Below are positions 31,209 to 46,342 of a stretch of DNA of 64,000 nt, piece by piece. The stretch is from the human T2T-CHM13v2.0 reference genome, Homo sapiens: the NCBI RefSeq assembly GCF_009914755.1, contig NC_060934.1; one strand, given 5' to 3'. Position 1 is the stretch's first letter. The number at the start of each line of letters is the position of its first letter. Position numbers and translations under genes: made by a program. Below the pieces are notes generated by a model that saw only the letters and a list, made by a program, of their open reading frames with translations, was not told where the DNA came from and made no database searches.

Positions 31209-32144
31209 GTGCCCAAACAAGTTCTGCAGGATCTCATTCTATGACCTCTGTTGATTCTCAAATTCTCTAGACTTTACTGATGTCTGGCACTGTGTGCCAT
31301 TTGCTAGAGTTATGGTGCTTGTATCTGCCTTGTGTCTTTCATGGAGGATCACCAATAAACTGTGGTCCCAGAGAAAAACCCAGACATGTTTTCCCATGTA
31401 TTTGTTGAATCCAGTTTATGTTTCCATCGATTTTGTGCTGAAGACTCCTGTGTTACTCTCAGCAGATAATGCTGGTCATGTTCACACTCTTTCTGATGTT
31501 TGGTGCACCCTATCTGAATTCACGTGGACTAATAGTGTGGAGGTCTGGGAAGTGAGCCGAACTAAAAAAACTCGAGGAGATATTTGCTCATGAAGTTGTG
31601 AATTCAAACTTCCTCAGCAGAGATTTCCAGCATACCAGATTTCAAAGGCAAAGCATCTAAGCCTTTCCTTAGACCCACCGCTCGAATCTCTTGTGTCCCA
31701 CGCTGACTTCACATTTGGTCTCCTTGGTTTTTAGTCAGACTGCAGAGGCCGACTAGTCTGTCCTGGGAAGGGTAAGATGCTCCTTTATCCAGCCTGACCG
31801 GACATCCAGAGGGAAATGTTAGTTAAGCATTATTAATATGAAAAGAAAAATCAATAACACAAAGATAATTTCCTTTTTGATTTAAGTACTGCTTAGCCAA
31901 AATAAGTATTTATTTATTGTATAGTTGCAAGCAGCAACAAAATGAAAACAAAAGCCTCCCATTTTAGCAGACATGTTTTGAGGCTCTACTGGGTAGCAGG
32001 TACAATGTTGGGCTTTGTGAAGGACACAAAGATGAGTGACACGCTGTCACTTTTCACCCTGATATGGCAGCTCCAAGCTGGTAGTGATTCTTGATATGGT
32101 AAATTATACTTTGCCTGTATTTGAATGCATTAGTTTCATTTAAA

Positions 32145-32272
32145 AAATTATTTTTATGTAAGTAGAGATGAGGTCTTGCTATGTTGCCCACGCTGGTCTC
32201 GAACTCCTGGCCTCAAACAATCCTCCCACCTCACCCTTCCAAAGTGCTGGGATTATGGGTATGTGCCTGGCC
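32145..32272 (-). mobile_element. FLAM/Alu left monomer
   Basis: gtagagatgaggtcttgctatgttgccc...caaagtgctgggatta. Confidence 0.85.
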
Positions 32273-32454
32273 TCCTTAAATGTATTATAAGGTAGTCTTG
32301 ATAAGCATTCTCATTTTGTTCAAAATGAGATTCAGTTGATTAGTGATGATGGTGATGCTTGCTGGTTGTTGATCCTGTGGCTAATACGGGCTACAGAATG
32401 TCTGCAAGGGCTTTACAGCATCAGCTGTAATATCAAAACAGCTGACCCTGGTGA

Positions 32455-32690
32455 GCTGGCAATGAGGCAGACAACACAGACTTGTGGGCAGATAAGCATG
32501 GGTTCAAATCCCCACTCTGCTTCTTCCTAGTTGTATGATTTGGGGCAAGCTTAATCAAGTCTTGATATCTATATCTACAAAATGAGGAAGAACCGTAGTA
32601 CCTATTGCACAGAATTACAGTAAGGATTAAGTAAAACAATGCATGAAAAATGCTTTGCAAGGTTCCTGTAACTCAATACACATTAGCTTT
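32455..32690 (+). mobile_element. MIR
   Basis: gggttcaaatccccactctgc...aaggattaagtaaaacaatgcatgaaaaatgctt. Confidence 0.75.
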
Positions 32691-33583
32691 ATTACAGTAT
32701 CTGAAAATCACTTTAATTGGAACTACCATAACATCAGATTAGTGTCTGATTGTATAATCTGGGTTTGCCGATAATCTCAGCTTTAAACATTTTGTGGTTC
32801 TACACACAGTTCCCCAGCAGAACTTGCTGAGAAATCTTTTCTTTAAATACTTCTTACAGGAAACATGAACTATTTACCTTTCAAAAAAAAGTCATAACCC
32901 TCTCCTTTCTTCCTCATGAATAAAATGACTGGCACCACGTTTTGTAAAACATGCCAGATTTTGTTTAAATAATTAATATTGGCAGTCTTCAGATGAGTGG
33001 TTCTATGGTAGCATAGAAAGAGGCCTAAACTAGAAATCAGGAAACATGGGTTTGAAACTCAGTTTGGCCACTATTGGGCTGCGTGATCCAATAGTTTGGG
33101 TAGGTCACAAAACTACCTAATAGTTTGGGTAGGTCACAAAATATCACTGGACCTCAGCTTTTATTGCATAAAATATTAGAGGTAGATTAAACTGTGGTTC
33201 TGAAACTCAAATGCTAGTGGGGTTTGGGGCGGTAAGACCAATGAAGGAAGCAGTTGAGTATAAGACAATAAGGAGTAGTGGTGACTGAGGTAAACCAGAG
33301 AAGACATGTCTTACCTAAAAATCCTCTGCTCCAACTGACTATTGCTGATGGGATTGTGGTACATGCACATGGAGCCCTATCTTCCTCATTTTTAGGGGAA
33401 GGTGGAATTCTGGAAGTAGATTTTTAAACAGGATAAAGACCAAACAAATATAAGTTGGCATTTTGAGAACCTTGCATTCAATTACATCTAAGGTCTCCTC
33501 CTATCTTAAAATTCTGTTGTATTCTACAAACAGTTACGTTAATATAATATAGAAATGGCATGGTTAAAGAAATGGACAACGAT

Positions 33584-33905
<322 letters not shown>

Positions 33906-34390
33906 TCAGTTCTAACAAACCAATACATTAGGTTGTTCATTGAAAGAAACTCATAATATGAAACTGGCTGTTATAAGGTTATTAATACAATAATTGTAGT
34001 TCCCAATCTCCCAAACAGGTCCAAAGGGACCTTACCAGGCTCTCCCTGTGGTGGTTGATGATAAAATGATGTTTCAGTATCCCTCTCATGGAGCAAGGAT
34101 TGGAAAAAAATTGTTAGGCCCATTTTTATATAGCAAGATGGCAGGTGCTTGCATGTGTAAAATGTGATCAAAAGGCAATACATCTTTAAAAATACAAACT
34201 AGAATGTATACATACAAATAACTCTTGACTTCACAGAGGGCCATAGATTTTGCCCAACTGTGCTTCCATGGCTAAAGATTTCTGGACCCTCCTTTGAGAA
34301 TTGTCTTCATTGCCAGTTTACAAGCCACGCAATAAAACCAGGCAAGGTTTTATTAGAGACATTAGTTATTTTTGTATTGCTTGGTGCTAA

Positions 34391-34715
<325 letters not shown>

Positions 34716-34924
34716 TATAGATCTCATTTTTAATGTCATCATCATGGTAACCTTTTGAGGTAGATATAATTATCTCCATTTTGCAAATGAAGCGCTGAGT
34801 CCTAAAAGATAACCTCCTCAATGTCACGCCCCTATTAAGTAGCAGAGTTGGAGTTTAAACCCATGTCCTCACTTTTAACCACTTCTGTCTACTTCCTCCT
34901 GAACATGAATCATCATGCTTCACT

Positions 34925-35213
34925 TTGCATAGTTTTGTTCCCAAAATCAAATCCCCTCTCAAAGGGTCAACCTTTGCCATTAACAAGAGTTTTCAGGAGA
35001 ATGTGCCCTAATTCCTGGAGACAATGACTGAAAGGAGTTTCAAAAGCCCTTTGAAAGAGTGGCCGCATTGCTGGCAAGAGCAGCTAGTTTCCCTAGGTTG
35101 CAACTCTCATTTATATGTGTAAGCTCTGATCTCCTTGCTTAAACAAAAATAGAGAGAAAGAAAAGAAAAAAGCAAAAGAAAAAGGCCTTATTTACTTTAA
35201 AGTTACACCTTAG
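34925..35213 (+). mobile_element. MARNA-like ancient mariner fragment
   Basis: ttcccaaaatcaaatcccctctcaaagg...gaatgtgcc...gagtttcaaaa...tactttaaagttacacct resembles a mariner transposase 3' end. Confidence 0.6.
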
Positions 35214-38200
35214 ACTACTGTTGTCTAAACTTGTGTCCTGTGGAGCAGTTGACCTGAAAGAAGAGTTCTGTGCTCAAATAAATTTGGGAAACTGCACGTT
35301 CTATCCCTGCTTGGTTATTTACAATGAAGTTACCTTGGCATAGAAACATCTCTGAAATTATTCAAAATTGTTTCACTTTTCTTAACATCCCATAGAATAT
35401 TGGTTCTATGGAACATACAGTACTTTGGAAATATATGCATGTGATAATTCATCTTATTTTTAGCTTAACTATTTGTACCCCACCTCATTCTAGAGAGGTT
35501 GGATAGCAAAGGATACGCAGGTGGAAAGAATCTCATCCTAGTGGATACATTAAACGGTCTGTCTCCATATAAGGAGCAACTCAAGACCATTTTGTTAGTG
35601 TGGATTCGTTGATGTGACCTCTGGGAGTCAGGCTCCTCAGTAGGCTCTCTACCTGGTCAAGCAATTTAGCACACACCCCTTCTTTAGGGACCTCCCAGTA
35701 GATCTCCATCTTTGGGAGGAAGGAGATGACTTCTTGCAGCTCATTCAACAGGAAAAGGCTTCTGAGTGTGTAAATATACACTGTCACTGTTTTTATTTGG
35801 AGCAGATTTCATCACAGCTATTTTCTAAATGGCTAAACAAGCATTTCCCTGGGTATGTTCCATGGAATATTCATTTTGTAGGAAGCTCAATGATAAAAGA
35901 GTCGCATTGTCAATGAGACCAGGAAACTGTATATTTAATTCCATTTTGAAGAGTCTCAATTTACTTAAGGATAGAAAAGGCACAGTTAAGAACCCTGATT
36001 AACTTCTTTAACCCACTTTTCCTAAATGTATCTGCCAGTTTTTGTGTACATAAACCTCTCAACCCTTTGAAGATCGTGCGTTCCAGGGAATACACTCTGG
36101 GAAATTCTGGGCAAGACTGTTGCAGGTTTGCAGCAGATACTAGGCAGAGCTGATACTAAAAAGAGGGAGCTGGCTTCCTCATGGCCACTCACCAGTCCTG
36201 GGGAAGTCGGGGAGGGAGAGAGGAAGCCTGAGCCTGGAATCCCAGCTCTGCCACTTACAAGCTTCAAATCACTTCACCTCCCTCACCTTGGTTTTCTTTA
36301 TCTCTTACGTGGAGAATATAAAACCTACATCTTAGTGTTCATTTGAGGATTAAAATCAGATGTCAAGCTGTTGAAGATGAGGCCTGGCATGGAGTAGACC
36401 CTTCTCCTTGATGTTCCAGGACCGGGGAGATCCAGGGTGATTTTATAAACACATGGGGAGGGTGGGCTGCTGACTAGCTGTGCCAATTCCTAGAAAGGAA
36501 GAGTTTCCACTGCTCTGGGATGAGAGATAATCCCAGGAGGATTGAGGATTACCAAAAGGGGGTTACCACTCCAAAAGGAGAGGGTCCATGCTCGAATGTT
36601 TGCTAGTGTGCATGTCAAGGACATCCCTGCAAATCTGAAATCCACATCCTAAATCCTAGCCCCACCACTGACAAAAGATGTGACCTTGGTTAAGTCACTT
36701 AACCTCTGCCAGCCTCAGTCTCCTCATCTGTAAAAAGAGGAGTTGGACTACGTATCTCTCTGGAGTACCCCCAACCCTCAGATTAGTGTGGAACCAAATT
36801 AAGGTTATTCCAATCAATCCAGGTTGAAGAGTTGGTAATCTAATTAAGGATCAGCTGAATTTTCAAGGTTGAGAGTCAAAAAGAACTGTCAAATAATGTA
36901 CTTGTGTGTGATGCTTCCAATTTTAATGCTTTTCTGTGTTAGGAGCATATTTTTAAATATTCAAATGTGAATTATTCACATGGCACATGCACTTATAATG
37001 TGTGCATTTAACTAAAGTGAATCATCAGCCTATTATTAATTATCATTTAACCAGCCCTATTCTTTTGGATAAAGGAGAGTGTTAGTAAAAACCAAAGGGT
37101 TTGGATCATTTAAGCAAAGCCAGCTCTAAGCAATTTGGCAAGCCCCTCCAGCTGTCCCTCCATATCTTCCAACAGCTATAACCTGTGCATCCTGTGCTCT
37201 TTCATTTACATATACATATACATATGCAAATAAACCCATGTTCACTTGGGAGTGTGCACACTCATGTTTGTACACACTGTCCGTGTCCTACCTAATATCC
37301 TAGATGTCCATCAAAGTCTTCTTGGGGCAGGTGACATCCTCACGGGACCTGAGTTTCCTTAGCAGTTAAACACGTGTTCTTTTCCTAGATCTAAGTAAGA
37401 GCTCTTCCAGCTCTGACATTTGATGTCTGTGCTCTTTACTTAGCTATTCCTTGGCAGAAGCATTGGAGACATGCTCATACACATTATCTCACATAATTCT
37501 TAAAATCATCCAGGAAGTCTTTTTGCATCCTCAATCCTATTTTAACAGATGATGAAACAGATTTACCTACTTGATGTGTAAACATACAATAATAACTGGC
37601 AGTTACAAGCTTAGAAACCTGATTCTCTATTCTGAATCCAATCAATTCATTCTCCAAGTGACAACCAGGCACTGGCTACTCACTTTTCCCTTCTTAATCA
37701 GAGTGGTTTTTGTGGAGTTGGGAATCATCTGGAAGAGCCTCCTAGATCATCTCCCCTCCATAGCCAGGAAAATCTGCTCTAGGCTGAAACATGGGATGTA
37801 GGCCACTCATGGGCCAGATACAATTCTAATGGCAATCAAGATATTATAGGTGACTGGAGAGAGTCTGAAGAAGTACATGTCATTAGAGCCAGGGTGCCTG
37901 GCACGGGACCAAATGAGCAGTCTAGTTTGAGACAATGGGAAGTTTTCTTAGCAGGAGTCACCCTTCCCCCAACCATTCAGCCATCTGCAGACCAGCCTCC
38001 CCGCTCCCCAGATTCCACATGCCTACTCTTTCATGAATGAAGGCTACAGTGCTATAAGCATAGACTCACACATCTTTAGAGCTACAAAAGACCTCACAAA
38101 TGATCTAGTCTAGTCTCCTCGCTTTACAACATAGAGAAAAGTGGTATGCTCTAGGACACAGAAGGTATGGTCAAATTTATATTAGGCTTCCTGATTCACT

Positions 38201-39258
38201 CTTCAGTGTGCTGCTTCCCTGGCCTCTGAAGAGGCGAGGCCCCAGGGCAGGAAAGCACCTCAGTGGCCCACCAGACTTAGCACCAACACATGAGCCTGCC
38301 CAGTCCTTTCGCTCTTATGCATTCCCGTCTCTGGCCTCTCACCCGGTATTTGGGCAGCCTTACCCTTGACCCCTTGTAGCTATATCCTCATTCTTAGATC
38401 CTCTGCTTCTTCATTTACTTCTCTGTTGCTGGCCCTGGTTCCCTCTGAACTCTGAGCTCCATGTTAACCCTGTTGCCTACTTTTCCGTTCCTTTTGAAGT
38501 AAATTCTGTGTGTCCTACCTCTCCGTTCAACCAGGAACCCCCTAATAGCTTTATGACCTTGGTGTGAAAGTGTCACTTAGTCATGACCCGTCCCTACAGA
38601 CAGCAGAATCTGGAGGAATTAGAGCTTAATGTTAGCATTTTACAGGTCACATCCTCTGATCCCAGAGCAATATTAATAATGAAATTATGAAAGCTTTTTT
38701 TTAAAAAAAACAATTACAGGCAATTTTAAGAATATTATTCTAAATTCCCATTGAAATCAAATACGCAATTTTAAAAGATGAGTACAGAGCAAAACTTACT
38801 GGATGCATTACACAAAGTAAAGTTCCATTTCTAAATACTTTCATTTTTTAATCAGAAAGAATAAAAGTATATTATTGAGCACTAAACTTAATAAGTATCC
38901 TAAGGAAATCAGGAGAAAAGCAATAAAGAAAAGATAAAATAATAAATTAGAAAACAGTGGGAATAAAAAAATAAATCGAAGATTTGATCCTTGGAAAATG
39001 CCAAAAAAAAATGTGCCAGACATTTGAAGGATATCACATACTCAAATAGGGGAGATTCTGTTAATTCTGTTAATTATTCAACAGAAAGCCTTGGGTAAAT
39101 TTGGGTAAATATTTAGAAAATATCAAGGCTGTGTCTTACCTCACATCATACATAAAAGTAAGTCCCAAATGTATTGAAGAGTTAAATATTAAAAAGAAAA
39201 TGTTAAGGGGAAGATGTAGGCAATATTTCCTTGATCTCAAGACAGGAAAGGATATTTA

Positions 39259-39590
39259 AAGAATGAAATCATGTCTTTTGCAGCAACATGGATGGGTTGG
39301 AGGCCATTATCTTGAGTAAAATAACTCAGAAAGTCAAATACCGCATGTTTTCACTTATAAGTGGGGGCTAAATAATATGTACTCATGGACATAAAGTGTG
39401 GAATGATAGACATGGGAGACTGAGAAGGGTGGGGGTGTAGGAGGAAGGGAGGGATGATGCAATACTTAACGAGTGCATTGCACACTATTCGGGTGATGGT
39501 TACACCAAAAGCCCAGACTTCACCACTACACAATATATCCATGTAACAAAACTACACTTGCACCCCCTAAATTTATAATTTTTTTAAAAA
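39259..39590 (+). mobile_element. L1PB-like 3' end within older L1M fragments
   Basis: gaatgaaatcatgtcttttgcagcaacatgg...aaaagcccagacttcaccactacacaatatatccatgtaac. Confidence 0.85.
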
Positions 39591-39603
39591 AGGATTAAAG
39601 GCA

Positions 39604-39902
<299 letters not shown>

Positions 39903-40701
39903 TTAAACGCAAAGAAATAATACATAATAGGAGTTGATGTATTTTGTTAAATACAAATTTAAACTTCTATATGTTAAAAATCATTAATGAAAAGGCAAAT
40001 TGGTAATCAGTAGGAAAAAACTTTTAGCATCAAAAGAAATAGGAAAAGATGAAGTAATATCCTTAATAAATAAAAAGTGCTTAGAAAGCAACAAAAGGGG
40101 TCAAAGGACATGATTTCATAGAGAAATAAAAATGATAATTTTAAATGTTGGTGAGGATATGGTCAGATAGGCATTTCCTTACTCAGAGTTGGACATGTAA
40201 TTTGGTACAAGTCAGCAGTAAAGAACTAGAGATTTAAAAACCTTCTATAATCTAATAATGGTACTTTTAGAAATCTATCCTAAGTCTATCATAAGGAAAT
40301 AAGTAGAGATAGGAAAAATATTTATATATAAGGATGGTTATAATCATGTTTATAATAGTAAACATTGGAATCGATAATTTAAAAAGTTACATCATGATAT
40401 ATCCATAATACAAAACTTACTCATCTATGGAAACTATATTTTTGAAAAATTGATTGTCATGAGAAATTGTTCATGATATAATAAGCAAATGAAAAGAAGG
40501 ATACACAATGATATAATATTACATCAATTTTATAAATACATATGTGTATATATCATATATGCATTATGCTTATGCATATCAGTGTCTTTGGGTAGTATGA
40601 TTATGGTGCACTTCATTTTCTTCTTTAAGCTTTTGTGTTTTCCAGAATTTCCACAATGAGCATATATTATTTATAAACAGAATTCACCAAAGTGTATTCA
40701 A

Positions 40702-41012
<311 letters not shown>

Positions 41013-44000
41013 CTGGAAAAACCTCACAAAGCGTGTTCAAAATTTTCAAACTTTCTACTTGAAAAACACAGATTGATATTATCTGGATGTGATTTTAAGA
41101 CTGCTTACTCTAATTAATTCCTCTAAGAAAGGCATTATTGTTTAATTACATTTCTTAAATCCGTATGAGCTGAGTGGTGTTATTATGGCTGCTCGCCAGA
41201 ACGTGGTTATTATGCCATTATGTGACCTGGGACCTGTGCTGAGAGGCCACCCAGTGTGTGGAAAAGGGTACTGAACCAGGGGTCTTGGGCCTTGCGACCT
41301 CAAGGAAAGTGTTTGGTAGCCTTCTGGGCCTCAGTTTCCTCTTCTGTCAAATAGATCTTACCTGCTTTACTACTTTCACAGAATTGTCTAAAGACCAAAT
41401 AAGAAAATCCAGGCAGGAGTCTATGACATGTAGGCTATTATGAAGCCAAAGATCATTATTCAAAGAATAAGCTAGTACCTGCCTGGAATTCATAGTTCAT
41501 ATAAATGATTTTTCTAAATCTCCCTCTTGGTAAGGAAACATACTCCCGTGGTTGCAGAAGAAAAAAGCCTCCCCTCTCCTCCCACAGCCCCTTTTCTTAC
41601 TGAATTAATAAGTGCACAGCCCTTTGGGGAGGGTGTAGACAGATCAGGCACACCCCTGTGTCCACCTCCACCAAAATTCTAGGGGAAAATGCCTGGCTTC
41701 TTAGGAAAATGCTTCCCTAAAAAAAGAGGAGAAACCTCAAGTGTTCCCATGGAACTGGGGCAGAGGGCAAATTCCGCACAACCTCTGCACAAACCCACGG
41801 GCTGGCTGCTTGGCAGGCCTACAGGGTCCAGATCTCTGATCTGTGGCTCAGAGTAACGAGGTCATTTGGATGGTACATTGGTTTCATAAACCCCTCCATG
41901 ATGCTGCTGCTGTTGTGAGGATAGTTGTCACTTCCAACTCATATTATTGCAGACTCTAGGCTACACGTAGTTATAGGGACAAGAAAGTCCACAGCTCCTC
42001 CACTCCCCACACCAACGGCTCCAGGCAGACTTGCTGCAAGGAGCAGAGACCCCTTGGTCACCACAGGTAAAGGGGACAGTGTTTTGACTGACTTGGCAAG
42101 CTTACCATGTGCAACCCTGGCTGCATATGAGTCTCCTAGGGAGCTTTTTAGTAACCCAGGTGACACCCCACGTTTAGAATTTAACCAGAATCTCCAGGAG
42201 TGGGAACCAAGTATCAGTATTTTTAAAGCTGTCTGGGTGATTCCAAGAGCAAGCAGGATTCAGAAGCATTGGCTCAGGTTTCAACACAGATCTAGGTATC
42301 TCTCCCACACCAGTCTTCAAAAAACTTATCTTGGTGGGTTTTCCACCACAATTCTACACTCTCCTAAGCATTCTTTGCACGTAATTTTACCTACCATGGA
42401 TCCAATTCAACCCTAAGGCATCCTTTATCCTTTAGCTTCTCTACCGGCTGGCTCCATTTCTCAGTCTGCCAATTCCAGATCCCCAAGAAGGGTGTCGTCT
42501 TAGCCCAACTCACCTTTTTAAACCAGGCTACTTGGGCCATGGGATGCTGGTTGATTTAGAGACTGGCTACTCTGTGGAAAGGGACAGAGGTTGTGCAGTG
42601 TAGAACACGGCCACCCTGGTCTGCCCCAGTTCTGTTTTTTGTGTAGGTGGGGTGGGTTGGGCACGGTTTCCCTTAACAGAGACTGTGGAATACTTTAACA
42701 TATCTGGTTCAATAACAAATTATAATAATGAAATCAAACATATTTAGAGGAATCCATACAAATTAAGGGTCAGAGTTTCATCCTCTGTATAGAATATGAT
42801 GTAGGAGTCTTTTTAAGTATACGTAGGATAATAAAATGGATAGCCCACTCAACTATCTTTAGAATGTATGTATAATTTTATACATCTTTTTCCATAGAAA
42901 CTACAATTGAATTTAGCATTGAGAGATTATGGTATTCATTATTATCTTAGCCAGAGGGTGTTTTTTTAGCTTTTATAAGAAACTTTTAAATTGAAGTATA
43001 ATATACATAAAGAAAAAGTGCACGTTATAAATGTACATCTCAATGACTTTTTACAAAGTGAATACCCTTGTAACCAGCACCCAGGTCAAGAAACTCAATA
43101 TTATCATTACCCCAAAAGATGCCCCTTGTGTTCTCTTCCAATTACTCCTTGCCTCCAAGGGTAACCACTCTCCTGATTCTAGCAGCATAGATTAGTTTTT
43201 GTACTTTATATAAGTACAGTCATATAGGATGTACTTTATTGTGTTTTGGCTCCTTTCCTTGAATATTCATCCTTAGTTTTGCATATGCATTTGTAGTTCT
43301 CACCAGAGGTTTTAGTCCTTGAAATGTAGTTCAACAAACATTATTCAGCCAGGAACTGTGCCCGGGGCTGGGGACACCAAAACAAATAAGGGCAAATTCC
43401 TGCTGTAAGAAATATTTAATCCAGTAGTCTCGTAATGATCAGAATTTAGTGTAAGGTGAATTCCTCTTTGTCCAACAAATATTTATTCAGTGTCCACTAG
43501 AGGACAGGCGCTGTATCACAGGTGCTAGGGATAAGAAATGAACAAGCAGACAAAAAATCTAGCAGAAATCCTCTCTTTTCTTCCCGTGACGTGCATGGGC
43601 AAGTTCTGCCCACTAATATTCATTTCCCACTATGTCCTGCATCTGATTTAACATAAAGGGAAGTAGCAATGGAAACTATTTCTTCTGGCAACTTGGAATA
43701 TGAGAAGTCCCTGGTCCTTGGGCCATTTTTCAAATCAGTGAGTGTGGGAGGTATAATATTTGTGTGTACCAATTTCTTCCTTATTCCATTCTCTCCACTG
43801 CTGATGCTGCCTATACTGAATGCAATGAAAGTCTGGAACCTAAGGAAGCCTTTGGGTGTTAGCTTACCTTGGAGTCAAGCTGAGCAGTCTTCTTGTTTTC
43901 CAGAGCCATGAAGTGAGAAGAGACACAATTGCCAAAGCTGTGATGGAAATCATACAGCTTTGAATTTGTTTTAGTAACATGGAATTCTAACATGTGTCAC

Positions 44001-45288
44001 TGTTCATTAGTACTGGCTTTTCAGAGCCTCGTGAATTACTTGGGTACAAATCCATGACATTAGAGGCATGAGGGATTAGAAGACAATCCAACACCACTCT
44101 AGGATTGATAGTTTAGGAAGAAATGCAAGAAATCATCTCATTTTGTTTGGTTGGTTCATTCCTACCCCCCATTCTCCACATTTTTATGAAAAATTTTAAG
44201 TATATATAAATGTAGACAAAATAGTAAAATTCACTCTTATGTATCCATCTTTCAGCTTCAAAAATCATCAACTCATGCCAATTCTTCTCTAACCCCTTGT
44301 TGTCCCCCTCCTCTGATTATTTGAAGCAATCCCAGATGACAAATAAATTACTCATAAATGTTCACAAAGTGAGATCTCCTAGTTTTAATTCCTGTAGTTC
44401 ACAGGTTCAGCGGTGAATTCACTAAGCTAGTTAGTGGTACTTATATTTAATCCCTGGCTTCAGAAGTAAAAGTGATAAGCTTTACTAACAGAATTACTAT
44501 TATTATTATTACATTATGACATAATATAATATATTCTTGTACTGTTTGGCCTAAAACTACCTCTTTTAAGCCTCTCATTCAGTTCTCCAAGGAGTTCAAC
44601 AGGGTGTGGGATGGCTGATTGATGTTCTTTTTCATCAGTAATTTCTAAACCAAATCCTTGTGGATTTTGAAATTGCAAATATATTTGTCCAAGTAAAAGC
44701 TTCAACTATTTGGTAATAAAATGGGTCTAAGACTCTTCCCAAACCTCATGTTTCCCATTTTCAGTCTGTGTGCAAAGGAGGAGGTTGGCTGTTGTTCATG
44801 GAGCCAGTGTCAACTGCCTGTCTGTTACGAGATGTCACAGCACAACCAGGCATGCAGCTTACTTTTTTTTAGGTTTCCCAGGCTCAAAACCGCAAAGTAC
44901 CATTGTTTTTGCCAGTTAGAACACTCCAGAGGTTTCTAGAACAAGCAGAAAAGATTGTTAGTGCCTTTGTCATGAAAATATGTAAAATGTTGCTTTGGCT
45001 GCTTTGGCTATCATAGCTGCTCTGATTGTATCTCAAAATGTCACCCAGGGTATGTGGCAGTCATTGTGAGGAATCGGGCACCAGGCACCCCTTGATGAGC
45101 CTTTGATGAGGAGATGATTAGGAGTAAAAAAATGCTGCATAGATTATCTGCATAACTAACACTGTAGCAGACAGCCATGCAGACATTTTTCTGTATACAA
45201 CTCCCACTCATTTTTCTGAGAGATAAAAGCAGCCAAGATTGACAATCTGTCAGTTTCACCATTTTCATTGTGTACTTTTTCTGGGCAG

Positions 45289-45360
45289 GTTATTCACATC
45301 GAACTCCTTTGATGTGATCAGTGATGATGCTTTTATTGGTCTTCCACATCTAGAGTATTT
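45289..45360 (+). CDS. LGI1: LGI1 exon 3 (72-nt LRR exon)
   Basis: Acceptor tttttctgggcag|, donor |gtaagt; LFTSNSFDVISDDAFIGLPHLEYL. Confidence 0.97.
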
Positions 45361-45455
45361 GTAAGTAAAAAAGCTTTTTTAAAACATGATGATTCAGGAC
45401 AAGTACTCTCAAGTTCCTGTAACTGTTTGACAAAAAATATTATAACTTATTGCAG

Positions 45456-45527
45456 ATTCATAGAAAACAACAACATCAAGTCAATTTCAAGACATACTTT
45501 CCGGGGACTAAAGTCATTAATTCACTT
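45456..45527 (+). CDS. LGI1: LGI1 exon 4 (72-nt LRR exon)
   Basis: Acceptor ttattgcag|, donor |gtaagt; FIENNNIKSISRHTFRGLKSLIHL. Confidence 0.97.
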
Positions 45528-45991
45528 GTAAGTATGAATGTTGCTATTACTTTTTAAGCTTGCTAATGGACAATGCAGTTTGATCACCTGTGGTTAATGC
45601 ACCTACTTTATGAGTGTCCATAAAAATTTAAGAAACCCAAATGACTTCTCTCCATGCACACTTGCCATCTTTCCCTGTCATCTGTCAGAGGGTGTTCAAT
45701 AAATTGATTACTATTAATATTTTTATCCAAAACCAACCATAATTAGAAAAGCAATCTAATGCAGGGAAATTGTGTGCCTGAAATAACTTCTTTTATTATC
45801 TACATCATTACTTGCTTCATGGATCATTATGAGTTGACTGTATAATTTGATATCAGCTTTTTTTCCCTCTATAAGCCCTCACTTTATATACATTTAAACA
45901 TAATATAGCCACAGGCGATGTCTTCATAGTACCTGATCAACTTGTTTATCAGTGAAATATTTAATTACTCAATGGATGATTACAGCTAACA

Positions 45992-46192
45992 GCAGTTGTT
46001 CTTAACAGGGAACAATTTTGTCTCCCAGGGAACATTTGGCAATATCTAGAGACATGTTTGGTTGTCACAACTGGGGATGTAAATGGCATCTAGTGGGTGA
46101 AAGGCAGGGATTCTTCTACTGCTTAGGACAGCCCTTCACGACCAAGAATTATCCAGCCTAAAGTGGCATCGTGGGCAGGTTGAGAAACCCTG
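45992..46192 (+). mobile_element. MER20 (hAT-Charlie MITE)
   Basis: cagttgttcttaac...acatttggcaatatctagagac...ggcatctagtgggt...ggttgagaaaccctg. Confidence 0.85.
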
Positions 46193-46244
46193 AACAACAG
46201 GACCCAAACAATTTGTTTCTTCTAGCCTCCCTCACCCTCTACAG

Positions 46245-46251
46245 ACAAACA

Positions 46252-46291
<40 letters not shown>

Positions 46292-46342
46292 CACACATGT
46301 GCATACACACACACACTCACACACACACTCTCACATACACAC
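46245..46342. repeat. Compound (CA)n microsatellite
   Basis: Long CA run plus degenerate extension. Confidence 0.92.

Noticed and set aside
41925-42416. Longest ORF in the track (163 aa)
   Set aside because: Starts at TTG, overlaps a MER5-like fossil, and has no recognisable domain or splice support.
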